Of a DNA stretch of 64,000 nt, positions 1-9,903 are shown one piece after another. The first letter of the stretch is position 1. The number at the start of each line of letters is the position of its first letter. Under the pieces are notes generated by a model. The model ran no database searches. It was not told where the DNA came from and saw only the letters and a list, made by a program, of their open reading frames with translations. Origin of the DNA: Verrucomicrobiia bacterium (GTDB lineage Bacteria; Verrucomicrobiota; Verrucomicrobiia; Palsa-1439); the NCBI GenBank assembly GCA_049515295.1, contig JBEKUF010000002.1, forward strand, positions 5,230-69,229, written 5' to 3'. The position numbers and the translations under genes were made by a program.

Positions 1-612
1 CGCGCACCATCTTGCCCCCGCGCTTGAGTTCAACAATCGTGAGCCGCTCGGACATGCTTTCCAATTCGTCCAGGCTGTGCGGCGGCCGGTCGGGATCAAG
101 TCCCGCCTCGCGAAACAGTTTCTTGTTCCAGTGCAACGCCAGCGAGGTCGGCGTGCTGGGCAGCGCCCACATGAATCCGTGGTGCGAACACAAATCCCAG
201 TACACGGGAATGTAATCCTCGCGCTTGATACCCGCCTCCTGGATCATCTTGTCGAGCGGCGTCAGCGCCCCTTTTTCGGAAAAGCCGGTAATGGTCGCCG
301 GCCAGATTCCCGCGACATCGGGCGGATCGCCGCCGGCCGTGGCGAGCATCAACTTGCGCTCGATTTCCCCGATCCCCGTGAGTTTCCGTACGAAGATACG
401 GTTCTGGGAATTATTGAAGTCATCGACGACGGCCTGCATCGCGTCGTCTTCAAATCCGCTCCACTTCTCCCAGTAGGAGATTTCGACGCGGCCATTGGTG
501 GGCGGGGGCGTGCCACAGCCGGTGAAAGCCAGCCCCGACAGGATCGGGGCCAGCATCGTGCAAACGATTGCCATCTTGGTACCACTGGGGCTTGATCGGT
601 TCCAGAATCTCA
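1..612 (-). CDS. ABC transporter extracellular solute-binding lipoprotein (sugar-type), 3' end cut by window edge
   Basis: Reverse-complement translation from ATG at 612: MRFWNRSSPSGTKMAIVCTMLAPILSGLAFTGCGTPP... Signal peptide with lipobox LAFTGC, then solute-binding family 1 features (EISYWEKWSG..., DPPDVAG). No stop before position 1. Confidence 0.6.
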
Positions 613-857
613 TGAGATCTCGGCGTGTACGCTGGTAAGTCCCGTTGCAAGGGTGAAAGAATTGGCCGCCAAAGTCAACGCCGCTATTGTTACCGCCACG
701 ATTTTCGAGCGCGGCGTTGTAACGGCGCTCGATGAGCGCCGTTTTCGGCGGTCGCCGGACGCCGCGACAAATAACGCTCCGGCCGGAAGGTCTTCCTTGA
801 CGAAATCACGGCATCACAGGTAAGGAAGGCGGGTGGTGAACAAATCCTGAGACGAGA

Positions 858-1739
858 ATGCAACCAACACTTCTGGTCATGGCCGCGGGCATGGGCAGCC
901 GCTACGGCGGCTTGAAGCAAATCGATCCGGTCGGTCCCAACGGCGAGACGATCATCGATTATTCGGTGTACGACGCGGTGCGGGTGGGGTTTGCGCGGCT
1001 GGTGTTCATCATTCGCCGCGACATCGAGGCGCCGTTCCGCGAAGCGATTGGCAGCCGGTTCGAGACGCGGATTGCCGTCGATTACGTGTTCCAGGAACTT
1101 GGCAGTCTTCCCCAAGGTTTCACCGTCCCCGAGGGACGGACGAAACCCTGGGGCACGACCCATGCGATCCTCCAGGCTGAGGAAGCGCTGAACGAGCCTT
1201 TTGCGGTGATCAACGCCGACGACTTTTACGGACGCGAATCGTTCCAGGTCATGGGTGGCTTCCTGCGCGCGGGCGGCAACGATTACTCGATGGTCGGGTA
1301 CACCCTGCGCAACACGCTGTCCGAGCACGGCAGCGTGTCCCGCGGCGTGTGCGAATGCGACGCGCAGGATTATTTGCGGGCGCTCGCCGAATTGCCCAAG
1401 GTCGAGAAACAGGGCCGCGGCGCACTGGCCGGTGACCGCGCCCTGACCGGTGACGAACTTGTGTCGATGAACTTTTGGGGGTTCACGCCGCTGGTGTTCG
1501 CGCAACTGCGCGAGCGGTTCTACGAGTTCATGCGGCGTCACGGTCAGGAATTGAAGAGCGAGTGTTACATCCCCACGACGGTCAACGAATTGGTCGCGAC
1601 GGGCGTCGCCCGCGTGAAAGTGTTGCGCACGCCGTCATCGTGGTTCGGCGTCACCTACCAAGAGGACAAACCCCGCATCACCGCCGGTATTCGCGGACTC
1701 ATCGCTCGTTGCGAATACCCCCAGAAACTGTGGGAATAG
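858..1739 (+). CDS. sugar-phosphate nucleotidyltransferase-like protein (NTP_transferase fold)
   Basis: ORF track 293 aa. N-terminal LVMAAGMGSRYGGLKQ matches the G-x-G-x-R nucleotide-binding loop of NTP-transferase family; INADDFY motif. Confidence 0.55.
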   Translation: MQPTLLVMAAGMGSRYGGLKQIDPVGPNGETIIDYSVYDAVRVGFARLVFIIRRDIEAPFREAIGSRFETRIAVDYVFQELGSLPQGFTVPEGRTKPWGTTHAILQAEEALNEPFAVINADDFYGRESFQVMGGFLRAGGNDYSMVGYTLRNTLSEHGSVSRGVCECDAQDYLRALAELPKVEKQGRGALAGDRALTGDELVSMNFWGFTPLVFAQLRERFYEFMRRHGQELKSECYIPTTVNELVATGVARVKVLRTPSSWFGVTYQEDKPRITAGIRGLIARCEYPQKLWE

Positions 1740-1767
1740 CGTCGCTGCCTACCCGTCATCGAGCACT

Positions 1768-3705
1768 TCAAGACGCCGCAACGCTGGGGGGCGCAGCCGG
1801 TTTCAACTCGTTGAGGCGCGAGGCGGCTGGTTCCCATTCCGCGATAGCGCGGACGAGGTCTTCCGTGATGTGACTCAATTCACGATTCACCGCCACCGCG
1901 CGGCCCGGTTTGTCGTAGGTTTCGGGCCTTTCCAGTTCGGCGACCAGTTCCCTCTGCGCCTGTTCCAGTCGGGCAATCTCTTTTTCGAGACGGCCCACGA
2001 TCTGTTCCTGGGCGCGTCTCTCGCGTGACAGGGCCTGACGCGCTTCGGCTTCCAGGCGTTTCTGTTCACGAGCCTTCGACCGTGGAGAATCCACCGCGGG
2101 CGCAACAGGAACCACAGCCTGCGCGGCGGTGGCGGCCGACTTATCGAGGTAATACTGGTAATCACCATGATAGTGCGTGAGGTGGCCGTTGTTCACGTGC
2201 AGCACGCGCCGGGCAAGTTGGCGGATGAAATACACGTCGTGGCTGATGAAGATCAGCGTGCCCTCGAATGACCCAAGCGCCCCGATCAACGCGTCGATGC
2301 TGGCCATGTCGAGGTGCGTGGTCGGTTCATCCATCAACAGCAGGTTGGGTGGATCGAGCAGGAGCTTGACCAACGCCAGCCGACTCTTCTCGCCGCCGCT
2401 GAGCACGCCGACCGACTTGAATACGTCATCGCCACGAAACAGGAAGGAACCGAGCACGGTGCGGGCGAATTCTTCTGAGATTCGCTGCGGGGTATCGAGC
2501 GCTTCCTGCAACACCGTGCGCTCGGCATTCAGCATCTCCACGCGATGCTGCGCGTAGTAACCAACTTTTGCGTTCAACCCCAGCTCGCGCGTGCCTTTCT
2601 GAACGTCGAGCACCCCCGCGAGGAGCTTGAGCAACGTGGACTTGCCCGCGCCGTTCGGGCCGACCAGGACGATGCGTTGGCCGCGCTCGGCGTGAAAGTT
2701 CATCCCGCGGTACACGACGGTGTGGCCGTACGCGTGGTGGATGTCCTTGAGCGTGACGACGCGCAACCCGCTGCGTTGGGGTTGCGGGAAGCGGAACTTG
2801 ATCTTGCGCGCTTCGTTTACCGGCGCTTCGATCTTGTCCATGCGCTCGATCTGCTTGAGTTTCGCCTGGGCCTGGGAGGCTTTGCTGGCTTTCGCCCGGA
2901 ACCGGTCGGCAAACTCCTGCAGGCGTTGGATGTCGCGCTGCTGGTTCTTGTAGGCGGCAAGCAATTGTTCCGACTGGGCCTCGCGCTGGACGAGGTACTC
3001 GTCGTAATTGCCGCGATAGCGGAGCAATTGGCTTTGGCGAATCTCCACGATGCTGCCGACCAGTTGGTTCAGGAATTCGCGGTCGTGTGAAATCAACAGG
3101 ACGGCACCGGGATAAGTCCTGAGGTATTCCTGAAACCACTGCAGGGCTTCGAGGTCGAGATGGTTCGTCGGTTCATCCAGCAACAACAGATCGGGCTGCT
3201 GGACGAGCAACCGCGCCAGATAGGCGCGCATCACCCACCCGCCGCTCATGGCCTTCAATTGGCGGCCAAAGTCGCGTTCGCGGAATGCCAACCCGCGCAG
3301 GATCGTCTTGGCTTTCGGTTCGAGTTGGTACCCGCCGAGGGCATCGAACCGCGCTTGTACTTCATGGAAATCATGCGACTCCGCGTCGCGTCCCGCTTCA
3401 AACGCTTTCAGTCGACGCTGCAACTCCACCATCTCGGGGGTAATCGCCGTGGCCAGCTCCAACACCGTCTCTTCGCCGACCGGCCCGGTCTCCTGTGGCA
3501 GGTGACCGAGTGTCCGGTTCCGTTCGATGGCCACTTCACCGGTATCCGCCGAATCGTGACCGAGGATCAACGAGAACAAGGTCGACTTGCCCGCGCCGTT
3601 CGGCCCGACCAACCCGATGCGGTCGCCACGGTTGACCTGCAGCGACGCGTCCTCAAACAATACGCGCGCTCCAAACGCCTTGGTCATTCCCGAAATCGTC
3701 AACAT
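1768..3705 (-). CDS. ABC-F family ATPase (two ABC domains plus C-terminal coiled coil; EttA/Uup-like)
   Basis: Two Walker A (GPNGAGKST twice), two signature/Walker B (LLLLDEPTNHLD, LLLMDEPTTHLD) and a charged coiled-coil tail. Start chosen at internal Met (MLTISGMTKAFG) because upstream residues look non-native. Confidence 0.85.
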   Translation of the reverse strand: MLTISGMTKAFGARVLFEDASLQVNRGDRIGLVGPNGAGKSTLFSLILGHDSADTGEVAIERNRTLGHLPQETGPVGEETVLELATAITPEMVELQRRLKAFEAGRDAESHDFHEVQARFDALGGYQLEPKAKTILRGLAFRERDFGRQLKAMSGGWVMRAYLARLLVQQPDLLLLDEPTNHLDLEALQWFQEYLRTYPGAVLLISHDREFLNQLVGSIVEIRQSQLLRYRGNYDEYLVQREAQSEQLLAAYKNQQRDIQRLQEFADRFRAKASKASQAQAKLKQIERMDKIEAPVNEARKIKFRFPQPQRSGLRVVTLKDIHHAYGHTVVYRGMNFHAERGQRIVLVGPNGAGKSTLLKLLAGVLDVQKGTRELGLNAKVGYYAQHRVEMLNAERTVLQEALDTPQRISEEFARTVLGSFLFRGDDVFKSVGVLSGGEKSRLALVKLLLDPPNLLLMDEPTTHLDMASIDALIGALGSFEGTLIFISHDVYFIRQLARRVLHVNNGHLTHYHGDYQYYLDKSAATAAQAVVPVAPAVDSPRSKAREQKRLEAEARQALSRERRAQEQIVGRLEKEIARLEQAQRELVAELERPETYDKPGRAVAVNRELSHITEDLVRAIAEWEPAASRLNELKPAAPPSVAAS

Positions 3706-3974
3706 GAGAACCGCACAAGCTACCGGCGACAACGGGAGCGCGCAAGGTCGAAATCCCAGAGACTCTGCCAAAAACCTGACCAGCGTGAGCAAATGACGAC
3801 AGCGAATGCGGCGCATGCGGGGGTGAGAGAGATTTTTCACAGGCGTTGTGACGGGTCGCTGCGACCGCGAGACCCCCTGATCTTATGGGGTTTTGTGCAT
3901 CTTCGTTTCACGGGTCGCCCTCGGCACGAGCAAATCACGGAGAATCGAGCACGCGCGTTGCTGTAAGGCGTGGC

Positions 3975-4898
3975 ATGGAAATGCAAGGTGTCCCGCCAAT
4001 TTCTTCATCCCGAGGGAAACTATCGTTGTCGGTCCCTCATGCGCCGCTGGCTCCGCACTTGAATCGGAACCCGAAGGCAGCCCGGCAGTTTGCCGAGGCA
4101 CACCGGGGCCGTCTGTACGAGGGCCACATGACTGTGGACCTGGGTATACGGTCGGAAGAACTCGAACTTCATTTTGTCGGCATGCCGTTGCGGTACTGGC
4201 CGCGCGTGGACGCGATTACCCTGCGCTGGCATCTGGACATCATTCATGAATTTATCGACGGTCTCGCGGGCAGCGACGTGATGCTGGCGCCCCCCGTGGT
4301 CCGCTGGCGGCATCTGCCGGATCGGGGATTTTCCGAAGTGGTCGTCTGCACGTGGGACCGGCTGGGATTACTGGCGAAGATCGCCGGATCGTTCGCGGCG
4401 GTGGGACTCAACATCGTGCGCGCCGACATCTACACCCGGGCGGACAACGTCGTGCTCGACATTTTCCAGGTGTGCGACGAGCAGGTCCGGCACGTCCAGG
4501 ACGTCTCGCGCCTGAAGCAGATGGAACATTTGCTGACCGCTGCCGTCAGCCCGAATGGAGGCGGCGAGCTGGCCTTGCGAACGTGGATGCAACATGCCGC
4601 CGAACCATCGGCAGCGGACCCCGCGAAGGGGGCCAGGGCGTCGGTGGTCGTGATGGACAACGAGCGCTCGGACGATTACACGGTGTTGGAGATCCAGGCC
4701 TCCGACCGCGTCGGGCTGTTGCACGACGTTTTGGAAGCGATTTCCGCCGGCGACGTGGACATCGCCCACGCCATCATCGTCACCGAGGAAGGCGAAGCCG
4801 CCGACGTCTTCTTCCTCACCGGCACCGACGGCAAGAAGATCTGCGATGCGAAGCGATTGAAACAGATTCGCGAAGCCGTGCTGGCATCGCTGGGGTAG
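3975..4898 (+). CDS. tandem ACT-domain protein resembling C-terminal regulatory half of GlnD (no nucleotidyltransferase domain)
   Basis: Two ACT-like segments (VVVCTWDRLGLLAKIAGSFAAVGLNIVRADIYT...; TVLEIQASDRVGLLHDVLEAISAGDVDIAHAII). Start at MEMQGV ATG 3975; longer ORF from 3885 possible. Confidence 0.55.
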   Translation: MEMQGVPPISSSRGKLSLSVPHAPLAPHLNRNPKAARQFAEAHRGRLYEGHMTVDLGIRSEELELHFVGMPLRYWPRVDAITLRWHLDIIHEFIDGLAGSDVMLAPPVVRWRHLPDRGFSEVVVCTWDRLGLLAKIAGSFAAVGLNIVRADIYTRADNVVLDIFQVCDEQVRHVQDVSRLKQMEHLLTAAVSPNGGGELALRTWMQHAAEPSAADPAKGARASVVVMDNERSDDYTVLEIQASDRVGLLHDVLEAISAGDVDIAHAIIVTEEGEAADVFFLTGTDGKKICDAKRLKQIREAVLASLG

Positions 4899-4913
4899 CG
4901 CGGCCAAATCGTT

Positions 4914-5411
4914 TTACAGAGTTGTCGTAGGCGACTTGCTTATCAACGGGCCGCAATCCTTCAGAGCTTTGAAGAGTCTGACGCTCGCCGACATCGCGTC
5001 GGCTGCGTTCATCTCAAAACCGAGCCAATGCCATGTCTCGCCGTCGCAACTCGCGACCTCGAGACTCTTTCTACTGATACTCTTATCCTTTCCATCATCA
5101 ACTGCGTAGTCATCGACATGCTCGGCAACATCTCGCATTTTCTTGAGGTGTGGCAAGGCAGCATCAAAAGTTCTCAACGCGGCGCGCATGTTCGGTCCAA
5201 TCGATGGCACTTTGGCAGCAAGCTCCCCTGCCCTGCGTAACCTTGTAAGCGCTACAACCAAAAAATGAAAATCACTCCACTTCCGAAGGATGAACTTGGC
5301 GTCTTCTGGTTCAATGGAGTTGAGGCGACGACACTGCAAATCAATAGTCCACAAAGCCTGATTCGCCAACCGCCTCGCGCGCTCGTAAGTGGCTGCGCAG
5401 TCTGGTTTCAT
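4914..5411 (-). CDS. hypothetical protein, possible HEPN-like (Rx4H motif MRDVAEH)
   Basis: 165-aa ORF in lower-GC islet; balanced composition; R-x4-H motif at residues ~93-98; no other recognisable motif. Confidence 0.4.
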   Translation of the reverse strand: MKPDCAATYERARRLANQALWTIDLQCRRLNSIEPEDAKFILRKWSDFHFLVVALTRLRRAGELAAKVPSIGPNMRAALRTFDAALPHLKKMRDVAEHVDDYAVDDGKDKSISRKSLEVASCDGETWHWLGFEMNAADAMSASVRLFKALKDCGPLISKSPTTTL

Positions 5412-5489
5412 TTTTTACCTGACGTCCAAGCTCAATGGCCGCGAACCGCGAACGCTTTCAGGGTTAGCTGAGACGGACAGTTGAGAGTT

Positions 5490-5912
5490 TCATTCGTAGT
5501 AAAGGGAGATACGTTTGTCGCCAGATTTTCTGTACTTGCCGCGGAGTGTCGCATCGTCAGTCTTGTACGGTATTTTGCTCGTAATTCCGAGGTCCCTAAG
5601 CGACGACCTGATCTGCCGCACATCCGTTTCGTCGGTGGCGTCGTAAGTATACACACAAATGACATGTTTGGAGGAATCCGTGGAGTTTGGGTTTGGCTTG
5701 GCGGTGGAAACTTTGGCGGCACTCCCCAGTTTGCCTTCTTCGACGGCCAGCTTGATCTTCTGCCATACTTCATCCACTGCGTCCGATGGCACGAATATCA
5801 ACCACTTGCCGCCGCGGTCAGTGTGCTCTGGATAGGAACCAAGCTTTCTCTTAGCGAAAAGCCAATGCCCACGCTTGTCATTCGATGGCTTACTATCCCG
5901 CTGTGTCTTCAT
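5490..5912 (-). CDS. hypothetical protein (possibly DUF1917/eIF4E-like fold family)
   Basis: 140-aa ORF; HWLF...GKWLIFVPSDAVDEVWQKIKLAVEEGKLG pattern recalls DUF1917. The plus-strand ORF covering the same span is low-complexity junk. Confidence 0.4.
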   Translation of the reverse strand: MKTQRDSKPSNDKRGHWLFAKRKLGSYPEHTDRGGKWLIFVPSDAVDEVWQKIKLAVEEGKLGSAAKVSTAKPNPNSTDSSKHVICVYTYDATDETDVRQIRSSLRDLGITSKIPYKTDDATLRGKYRKSGDKRISLYYE

Positions 5913-5975
5913 CCGGTGCTCTGTAATAAAGTTGAACCACCACTGGCCGATCTGGATGTTCGCGCTTCTAGGCGA

Positions 5976-6407
5976 CTACGCCTCCTCGAACTCGGTGCGT
6001 AGGCCGCGCTGCTGAAGCGCCAACTGGATGTGCTCCTTCTCGATATCGGCCATACCTGCAAGCTTGCAACCAAGCTCTCTCAGTCCTTTGCATGTGGCTT
6101 CCATCTCCGGGTCCCGCAGCATCTCTTCAGATGACAGCCAAGCGCTTGGGGAAACAACTACTCCAACACGAGGCTGCCCGTGCGTCTCAAAAACCGTATC
6201 CAAGAAAGCGAGAACATCCTTAGCAGTCAACGCCTCCGGGAGCTTGGGAACCGCCTCCGCGTGAAGGGCCACGTCTGCCCCAAGGTCCATGGCTATCAAC
6301 ATCTGGACACCGATGCCGCCGCTGAACTGAAACGGACGAAAACCCTGGCCCACCGCGTACCAGTCTTTCGGCTTGATGGGACTTGGTGGATTCTTACTCA
6401 TGGGCAC
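5976..6407 (-). CDS. hypothetical protein
   Basis: 143-aa ORF co-directional with islet genes, 63-bp spacing to upstream gene; no recognised domain. Confidence 0.35.
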   Translation of the reverse strand: MPMSKNPPSPIKPKDWYAVGQGFRPFQFSGGIGVQMLIAMDLGADVALHAEAVPKLPEALTAKDVLAFLDTVFETHGQPRVGVVVSPSAWLSSEEMLRDPEMEATCKGLRELGCKLAGMADIEKEHIQLALQQRGLRTEFEEA

Positions 6408-6494
6408 GCTTTCGTTTCGCCTAACGGCGGAGTTGAGGGACTGATGCGCCGGGCAGCGAGTCGCCGATCCGGCCCACTGGCATGGATAGGCCTC

Positions 6495-6830
6495 TCATTT
6501 CCCTTGCTTGCGCATCTGCTGCTTGACGCGCTCAATGATGCGCCGCCGCTCCTCGGGCGGCAATTGATGCGGCGGTGTGGCGGCGCTGCCTTGAACAGAC
6601 AGAAGGGTGGGCTCTCCCGATGCGTCCCTGCCGATGATGTAACCAGGATCACCCGCTATAACCAAGACTTTGATCTTGGAAGCGCACTTGGGGCACACCA
6701 CAAATTCGGTCTTTAAGGGCGGAGTCATGGGCGCTGTGCCTCCACAGTTGCACTGCAACTGAAAGGTGTGCCCCTCTTTCAGAGCATCGCCCGCAACAAA
6801 CGCGTAAAGGTCATAATCATTCTCAGGCAT
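6495..6830 (-). CDS. hypothetical zinc-ribbon protein (C-x-C ... C-x2-C)
   Basis: Start at MPENDYDLY; four Cys arranged CNCGG-x19-CPKC; basic C-terminal tail. Confidence 0.35.
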   Translation of the reverse strand: MPENDYDLYAFVAGDALKEGHTFQLQCNCGGTAPMTPPLKTEFVVCPKCASKIKVLVIAGDPGYIIGRDASGEPTLLSVQGSAATPPHQLPPEERRRIIERVKQQMRKQGK

Positions 6831-7091
6831 TGTTCCTCCTTCCCCCGAATAATAGTGATGGGACAAAAGCAGCGGCAAGAGACAAATCGTAAGGCTGCTT
6901 CGTCCGCGTGGGAAGCATAGGCCGGGATCGCTGATACGTCAATTTGGTTTGCGGCGAACGGCGTGGTCGGGAGACCCACGCTGAGCAGAGCGGTGCGAAA
7001 CCCTGCGGGCTTCATGCGCCACAATTACGGAAGCGGGGCACCGGTCCGAACGCGGGCTGAAGCCCGCGGCTACATCGCGCAACCTCGCGGC

Positions 7092-7499
7092 CTAGCTCTT
7101 TCCAAGCAAAGATGTCAGCGATACAAGAACCCGAGACTCTGTGAACATGAAAGCCTGCTGGCCACTTGCATCCGAGGTCGAAAGCTCCGCCATAACGCCA
7201 GCAATATCTGCTTTGATAGTGTTCATCATCCCCACGTAGTCTACTTGATCTGCCCGCCGTATCATCCGATAAATCCGCGTATACTCTGGCTCTCCCTGCC
7301 AAACGCCAAGAAGGCCGTTGAAAATAGTCGCTCCTGACTCCAGATACTGTAGTCGGTCAAGGAAACCTCTAATCGCATGATGATCCCATATCGCTTCAGG
7401 TATGTAAAAATCAAGTTGTACTCCCTCATAGTCATCCTGGTCCATGCTGCAAGTGACGGCCTGACCCGCAGGCGACTTAGCGGTCCGTGTCACATTCAT
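7092..7499 (-). CDS. hypothetical protein
   Basis: 135-aa ORF in islet; no recognised motif. Confidence 0.35.
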   Translation of the reverse strand: MNVTRTAKSPAGQAVTCSMDQDDYEGVQLDFYIPEAIWDHHAIRGFLDRLQYLESGATIFNGLLGVWQGEPEYTRIYRMIRRADQVDYVGMMNTIKADIAGVMAELSTSDASGQQAFMFTESRVLVSLTSLLGKS

Positions 7500-7643
7500 G
7501 CTTTATTCTCCGAGCCAAAGTCCGAGCTCAACAACCGCCGCTGACGACCGGGTTGAACGCGAAAGGGACGTTCGAATTGCCCCACCGCACGGAGCGCAAT
7601 GAGTAGTGACGGTTCGCTGGTGCGCACTTGTTAGGCGTATCGT

Positions 7644-7901
7644 TCACGACTCACCGCCCTCCACCAACCACCTAAACATGTCGCGATAGATACTCAGAAA
7701 ATCGTCGAGATTAAAGTACGTCTTGAAATGCTCCGCAAGGAATTTTGGGTCATTCCGCATTGCCGCGCCGAAGAAGGCGAACGGAATGGAAACCACGCCC
7801 CACAGGGCACCGAGCAAAAAGAACGGAACCCAGAACAAGCTGTAGAGCACGAATTTGAAAGGAAACACTGCCAACCGGATGATGAAGAAGATCGGCTCCA
7901 T
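7644..7901 (-). CDS. small two-helix membrane protein
   Basis: MEPIFFIIRLAVFPFKFVLYSLFWVPFFLLGALWGVVSIPFAFFGAA: two hydrophobic helices followed by a charged tail. Confidence 0.35.
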   Translation of the reverse strand: MEPIFFIIRLAVFPFKFVLYSLFWVPFFLLGALWGVVSIPFAFFGAAMRNDPKFLAEHFKTYFNLDDFLSIYRDMFRWLVEGGES

Positions 7902-8246
7902 ACTTGTTGCGTGGTTCGACACGCCTAACATCTGTTAGGGGCCCTGACGGCAGGAAACAACGCGCAACAATGGCGTCCATTTCCGCTGGTGTCTTGAGCG
8001 CCTGCTTGTTCGTACGAATTTTATCCTCAACACACTAGACAATTTCATTGAAGCTGCCAAGCCCAAAATCCTCGACCGGACACGCCTTTTGGCTTCAGAA
8101 TATTCACTGGCGTTGGTCGCAGTGGGAGACCGGCGCCGAACAACAGCGGCGGGCTGGGCCAGCCCGCCCTACCAACGACAAGCGGACGCGGCGCAGCGCG
8201 ACCCTCCAAGACGGACGCCACGTGAGGGCACGCGGCCTACAACGGC

Positions 8247-9833
8247 CTACTCGTAGTAGTGGTAATTGACGTCGGGGAAGATGTTGTCGCGCCACTCGAT
8301 GGAGGCCAGCCAGGGTTCGTCGATGTGGTGGGATTTGATCTGGTCGTAGAGGCGCGTGAAACGCAGGATGTGGTCCTTCGTCCGTTTCACGGCGTAGGGC
8401 ACCATCGTGCCGGTCTTCATGATGAACGCCCAATCGCTGGACTGGGCGAGCAGGAGTTCGCGGGCGGCCTGTTTGAGCGCGCGCTGCGTCAGGTGGTCGC
8501 CGTTCTTGCAGTTGCGGGCGAGCTCGGTCATCCGTTGCGCGGCGACGTGCAGGTGCGGGTAAATCCACGCATTCGAACCTTCGAGCCAGACTTCCCAATA
8601 CCCCTTGTTGCCCCAGCTCGAGGCGCTCGGCTCGGTGATTTGTTGCGTCGAGTGATCGTGCAGATATTCGGTCGGCGTGGTGAGCTTGAACACGTTTTGA
8701 TCGAACGCCACCTTGCGCATGAAATAGTTGATGAAATCGGGCCCTTCAAACCACCAGTGACCGTAGAGTTCGGCGTCGTACGGCGAAATGATCAGCGGCG
8801 GGCGTTTCATGATGCCGTGGAGATGCTGGACCTGCTTTTCGCGGTTGAACATGAAATTGCCGGCGTGGCTCGCGGCCTTCTCCATCGCCCAATGGCGGTT
8901 GTACGGCTCCTTGTTCGGCGTCTTGCCCGTGATGCGATAGTACTTCACGCCCGTGAAACAGCGGATGCCGTCGGGATGGATGTAGGGTTTGATGTAGTCG
9001 TACTCGAGATCGAACCCAACGTCGCGATAGAAATCGCGGTAGTCCGCATCGCCAGGATAACCTTCCTCGGAACTCCACACCTGCTTGGACGACTCAACGT
9101 CGCGTCCGAAAGCCGCGACACCGGACGACGTGAACACGGGCGCGTAAATCCCGTAGCGCGGACGCGGGTGGCCGAACATGATCCCGTGCGAATCCATGAT
9201 GAACCAGCGGATTTCAGCTTCCTGGAGGAATTTCTCAAGGCCGGGCATGTAGGCGCATTCCGGCAGCCAGATGCCGCGCGGATCGCAACCGAAACATTGC
9301 CGGTAATGGTCGCGGGCGATCATGATCTGGGCGCGGATGGCTTCGGGATGTTCCGCCATCAGCGGCAGGAACCCGTGCGTGGCCCCGCAGGTAATGATCT
9401 CCAGCTTGCCCATCTCCTGAAACTTGCGGAACGCGCCGACGAGGTTGCGCCCATAGCCGTCGCAGAACGTGGCGCGGGCCTCTTGAAGGCGGTTGTGGTA
9501 GAACCACGCGAGATCGTGGAACGCGCGATCCCATTTCGTGCGGTCGATTTCCTTTTCCGTCAGCTCAATGAGGCGGGTGACGTGGCGGATGTAACGTTCC
9601 TGCAGCAACGGATCGAGGAGCATCGAACACAACGGCGGCGTCAGCGACATCGTGAGGCGAAAGTCCACGTTATCGCGCACGAGGCCTTCCATCACCTTGA
9701 TCAGCGGGATGTAGGTCTCGGTAATGGCCTCGTAGAGCCAGTCTTCTTCGAGAAAATCCTCGTACTCAGGATGGCGCACAAACGGCAGATGCGCGTGCAG
9801 GATGAGCGCTACATAACCTTGTGGCACTGGCAA
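8247..9833 (-). CDS. glycoside hydrolase family 57 alpha-glucan branching enzyme (GH57 GlgB-type, DUF1957 C-domain)
   Basis: 528 aa; HAHLPFVRHPE N-terminus, GYWEVWLEG, and overall GH57 branching-enzyme architecture. Confidence 0.8.
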   Translation of the reverse strand: MPVPQGYVALILHAHLPFVRHPEYEDFLEEDWLYEAITETYIPLIKVMEGLVRDNVDFRLTMSLTPPLCSMLLDPLLQERYIRHVTRLIELTEKEIDRTKWDRAFHDLAWFYHNRLQEARATFCDGYGRNLVGAFRKFQEMGKLEIITCGATHGFLPLMAEHPEAIRAQIMIARDHYRQCFGCDPRGIWLPECAYMPGLEKFLQEAEIRWFIMDSHGIMFGHPRPRYGIYAPVFTSSGVAAFGRDVESSKQVWSSEEGYPGDADYRDFYRDVGFDLEYDYIKPYIHPDGIRCFTGVKYYRITGKTPNKEPYNRHWAMEKAASHAGNFMFNREKQVQHLHGIMKRPPLIISPYDAELYGHWWFEGPDFINYFMRKVAFDQNVFKLTTPTEYLHDHSTQQITEPSASSWGNKGYWEVWLEGSNAWIYPHLHVAAQRMTELARNCKNGDHLTQRALKQAARELLLAQSSDWAFIMKTGTMVPYAVKRTKDHILRFTRLYDQIKSHHIDEPWLASIEWRDNIFPDVNYHYYE

Positions 9834-9903
9834 AACTCCTTTCCGCCTTTGTGTGTTGGCTGAGAATCCTGAGTCTGCTGCCGCGGGCGCGGCCCGTCGC
9901 GCA

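Noticed and set aside
7626-7941. 10-bp inverted repeat tgttaggcgt / acgcctaaca flanking the small membrane ORF
   Set aside because: A 10-bp perfect inverted repeat within 300 bp is expected by chance several times in a 64-kb window; no target-site duplication or transposase.
8143-8170. GC hairpin gggcgggctgg-gc-ccagcccgccc
   Set aside because: Not followed by a T-tract on either strand; lies upstream, not downstream, of the adjacent gene ends, so not called a terminator.
8259-9863. 534-aa plus-strand ORF
   Set aside because: Fully antisense to the well-supported GH57 gene; low-complexity Val/Arg/Gly-rich translation typical of spurious ORFs in GC-rich DNA. Same reasoning applies to 11292..12338, 37387..38472, 38611..39486, 40481..41668, 45910..46947, 48496..49689, 49686..51233 and similar long ORFs antisense to nifJ/hyp/hox genes.
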